Shown piece after piece: positions 61,101 to 64,000 of a stretch of 64,000 nt of DNA (position 1 is its first letter; every line of letters starts with the position of its first letter). Source of the DNA: Ranitomeya imitator (taxonomy: Eukaryota). Made by a program: the position numbers and the translations under genes. The stretch lies in contig NC_091288.1 in NCBI RefSeq assembly GCF_032444005.1, positions 214,706,001 to 214,770,000 on the forward strand. The letters run 5' to 3'. The notes beneath the pieces are model-generated. The model did not search any database, was not told the origin of the DNA, and worked only from the letters and a program-made list of their open reading frames with translations.

Positions 61101-63965
61101 TTCCTCTGTCGCGCTCTCTCTCTCTTCCTCTGTCGCGCTCTCTCTCTCTTCCTCTGTCGCGCTCTCTCTCTCTTCCTCTGTCGCGCTCTCTCTCTCTTCC
61201 TCTGTCGCGCGCTCTCTCTCTTCCTCTGTCGCGCGCTCTCTCTCTCTTCCTCTGTCGCGCTCTCTCTCTCTCTTCCTCTGTCGCGCTCTCTCTCTCTCTT
61301 CCTCTGTCGCGCTCTCTCTCTCTCTTCCTCTGTCGCGCTCTCTCTCTCTCTTCCTCTGTCGCGCTCTCTCTCTCTTCCTCTGTCGCGCTCTCTCTCTCTC
61401 TTCCTCTGTCGCGCTCTCTCTCTCTCTTCCTCTGTCGCGCTCTCTCTCTCTCTTCCTCTGTCGCGCTCTCTCTCTCTCTTCCTCTGTCGCGCTCTCTCTC
61501 TCTCTTCCTCTGTCGCGCTCTCTCTCTCTCTTCCTCTGTCGCGCTCTCTCTCTCTCTTCCTCTGTCGCGCTCTCTCTCTCTCTTCCTCTGTCGCGCTCTC
61601 TCTCTCTCTTCCTCTGTCGCGCTCTCTCTCTCTCTTCCTCTGTCGCGCTCTCTCTCTCTCTTCCTCTGTCGCGCTCTCTCTCTCTCTTCCTCTGTCGCGC
61701 TCTCTCTCTCTCTTCCTCTGTCGCGCTCTCTCTCTCTCTTCCTCTGTCGCGCTCTCTCTCTCTCTTCCTCTGTCGCGCTCTCTCTCTCTCTTCCTCTGTC
61801 GCGCTCTCTCTCTCTCTTCCTCTGTCGCGCTCTCTCTCTCTCTTCCTCTGTCGCGCTCTCTCTCTCTTCCTCTGTCGCGCACTTTCTTTATCTGTCGCGT
61901 GCGCTCTCTGTCACGCTCTTTGTCGCGCTCTCTTTCTCTGTCACGCACTCTGTCACGCGTTCTCTTCCTGTCTCACGCTCTCTTCCTGTTGCGCGCTCTC
62001 TTTATCGCACTCTGTCAGGCGCTCTCTTTCTCCGTCGCGAGCTCTCTTTCTGTCATGCGCTCTTTCTTTCTCTGTCACGCGCTCTCTTCCTCGGTCTAGC
62101 TCGCGCTCTCTTCCTCGGTCTAGCTCGCGCTCTCTTCCTCTGTCTCGCTTGCGCTCTCTTCCTCTGTCTCGCTTGCGCTCTCTTCCTCTGTCTCGCTTGC
62201 GCTCTCTTCCTCTGTCTCGCTTGCGCTCTCTTCCTCTGTCTCGCTCGCGCTCTCTTCCTCTGTCTCGCTCGCGCTCTCTTCCTCTGTCTCGCTCGCGCTC
62301 TCTTCCTCTGTCTCGCTCGCGCTCTCTTCCTCTGTCTCGCGCTCTCTTCCTCTGTCTCGCGCTCTCTTCCTCTGTCTCGCGCTCTCTTCCTCTGTCGCGC
62401 GCTCTCTCTTCCTCTGTCGCGCGCTCTCTCTTCCTGTCGCGCTCTCTCTCTTCCTCTGTCGCGCTCTCTCTCTCTTCCTCTGTCGCGCTCTCTCTCTCTT
62501 CCTCTGTCGCGCGCTCTCTCTTCCTGTCGCGCTCTCTCTCTCTTCCTCTGTCGCGCTCTCTCTCTCTTCCTCTGTCGCGCTCTCTCTCTCTTCCTCTGTC
62601 GCGCTCTCTCTCTCTTCCTCTGTCGCGCTCTCTCTCTCTTCCTCTGTCGCGCTCTCTCTCTCTTCCTCTGTCGCGCTCTCTCTCTCTTCCTCTGTCGCGC
62701 TCTCTCTCTCTTCCTCTGTCGCGCTCTCTCTCTCTTCCTCTGTCGCGCTCTCTCTCTCTTCCTCTGTCGCGCTCTCTCTCTCTTCCTCTGTCGCGCTCTC
62801 TCTCTCTTCCTCTGTCGCGCTCTCTCTCTCTTCCCCTGTCGCGCTCTCTCTCTCTTCCCCTGTCGCGCTCTCTCTCTCTTCCCCTGTCGCGCTCTCTCTC
62901 TCTTCCCCTGTCGCGCTCTCTCTCTTCCCCTGTCGCGCTCTCTCTCTCTTCCCCTGTCGCGCTCTCTCTCTCTTCCCCTGTCGCGCTCTCTCTCTCTTCC
63001 CCTGTCGCGCTCTCTCTCTCTTCCCCTGTCGCGCTCTCTCTCTCTTCCCCTGTCGCGCTCTCTCTCTCTTCCCCTGTCGCGCTCTCTCTCTCTTCCCCTG
63101 TCGCGCTCTCTCTCTCTTCCCCTGTCGCGCTCTCTCTCTCTTCCCCTGTCGCGCTCTCTCTCTCTTCCCCTGTCGCGCTCTCTCTCTCTTCCCCTGTCGC
63201 GCTCTCTCTCTCTTCCCCTGTCGCGCTCTCTCTCTCTTCCCCTGTCGCGCTCTCTCTCTCTTCCCCTGTCGCGCTCTCTCTCTCTTCCCCTGTCGCGCTC
63301 TCTCTCTCTTCCCCTGTCGCGCTCTCTCTCTCTTCCCCTGTCGCGCTCTCTCTCTCTTCCCCTGTCGCGCTCTCTCTCTCTTCCCCTGTCGCGCTCTCTC
63401 TCTCTTCCTCTGTCGCGCACTTTATCTGTCGCATGCGCTCTATCACGCTCTGTCGCGCTCTTCCTCTGTCTCGCGCGCTCTCTTCCTCTGTCACGTGCTC
63501 TCTTTGTCGCGCGCTCTGTTTCTCTGCCGCGCGCTCTGTTTCTCTGCCGCGCGCTCTGTTTCTCTGCCGCGCGCTCTGTTTCTCTGCCGCGCGCTCTGTT
63601 TCTCTGCCGCGCGCTCTGTTTCTCTGCCGCGCGCTCTGTTTCTCTGCCGCGCGCTCTGTTTCTCTGCCGCGCGCTCTGTTTCTCTGCCGCGCGCTCTGTT
63701 TCTCTGCCGCGCGCTCTTTCTCTGTCGCGCGCTCTGTTTCTCTGTCGCGCGCTCTGTTTCTCTGCCGCGCGCTCTGTTTCTCTGCCGCGCGCTCTGTTTC
63801 TCTGCCGCGCGCTCTGTTTCTCTGCCGCGCGCTCTGTTTCTCTGCCGCGCGCTCTGTTTCTCTGCCGCGCGCTCTGTTTCTCTGCCGCGCGCTCTGTTTC
63901 TCTGCCGCGCGCTCTGTTTCTCTGCCGCGCGCTCTGTTTCTCTGCCGCGCCCTCCGTTTCTCTGC
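58165..63965. repeat. CT-rich, CpG-rich satellite with about 20-26 bp variable units
   Basis: TCGCGC(TC)nTTCCTCTG units; terminal block of the 20-mer GCGCTCTGTTTCTCTGCCGC. Confidence 0.97.
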
Positions 63966-64000
63966 CGCGCGTGTATATGACATGTGGGGTATCGCCGCGC

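Noticed and set aside
55782-63983. ORFs up to 1317 aa (RE-rich, SL-rich, EVTGDRRQ)
   Set aside because: Satellite translations open on both strands.

Overview
Vertebrate genomic DNA, most likely a frog (inferred from the Tc1, MITE, Penelope and LTR repeat types and the intronless TRIMs); roughly half of the window is tandem repeat. Four genes can be read directly. (1) An intact, intronless, RING-less TRIM (B-box/B-box/coiled-coil/PRY-SPRY), + strand, 9569-10924. (2) A 9-exon CD163/SCART1/WC1-like gene with a signal peptide and 8 group-B SRCR domains, + strand, 14806-27758. It has a GC-AG intron, and a 388-bp Penelope-like insertion (15-bp TSD, 72-bp inverted repeat, degenerate hammerhead ribozyme) breaks its last visible exon. 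(3) A paralogous TRIM pseudogene, + strand, about 32920-34457, with two RING zinc ligands lost and two frameshifts. (4) A complete 9-exon WDR24 (GATOR2 subunit), - strand, 47865-37497, 783 aa, in which the position of the human initiator ATG reads ATA. Four introns are largely or almost wholly filled by different minisatellites; one of these arrays, and a separate array upstream of WDR24, carry recognisable factor-binding motifs (CTCF-like, ZNF143/THAP11-like). All long repetitive ORFs in the supplied track are satellite artefacts. I cannot claim a wholly new system from sequence alone. The best leads are the ribozyme-bearing exonic insertion, the TRIM-SRCR-TRIM cluster with no functional RING, and the motif-bearing arrays.
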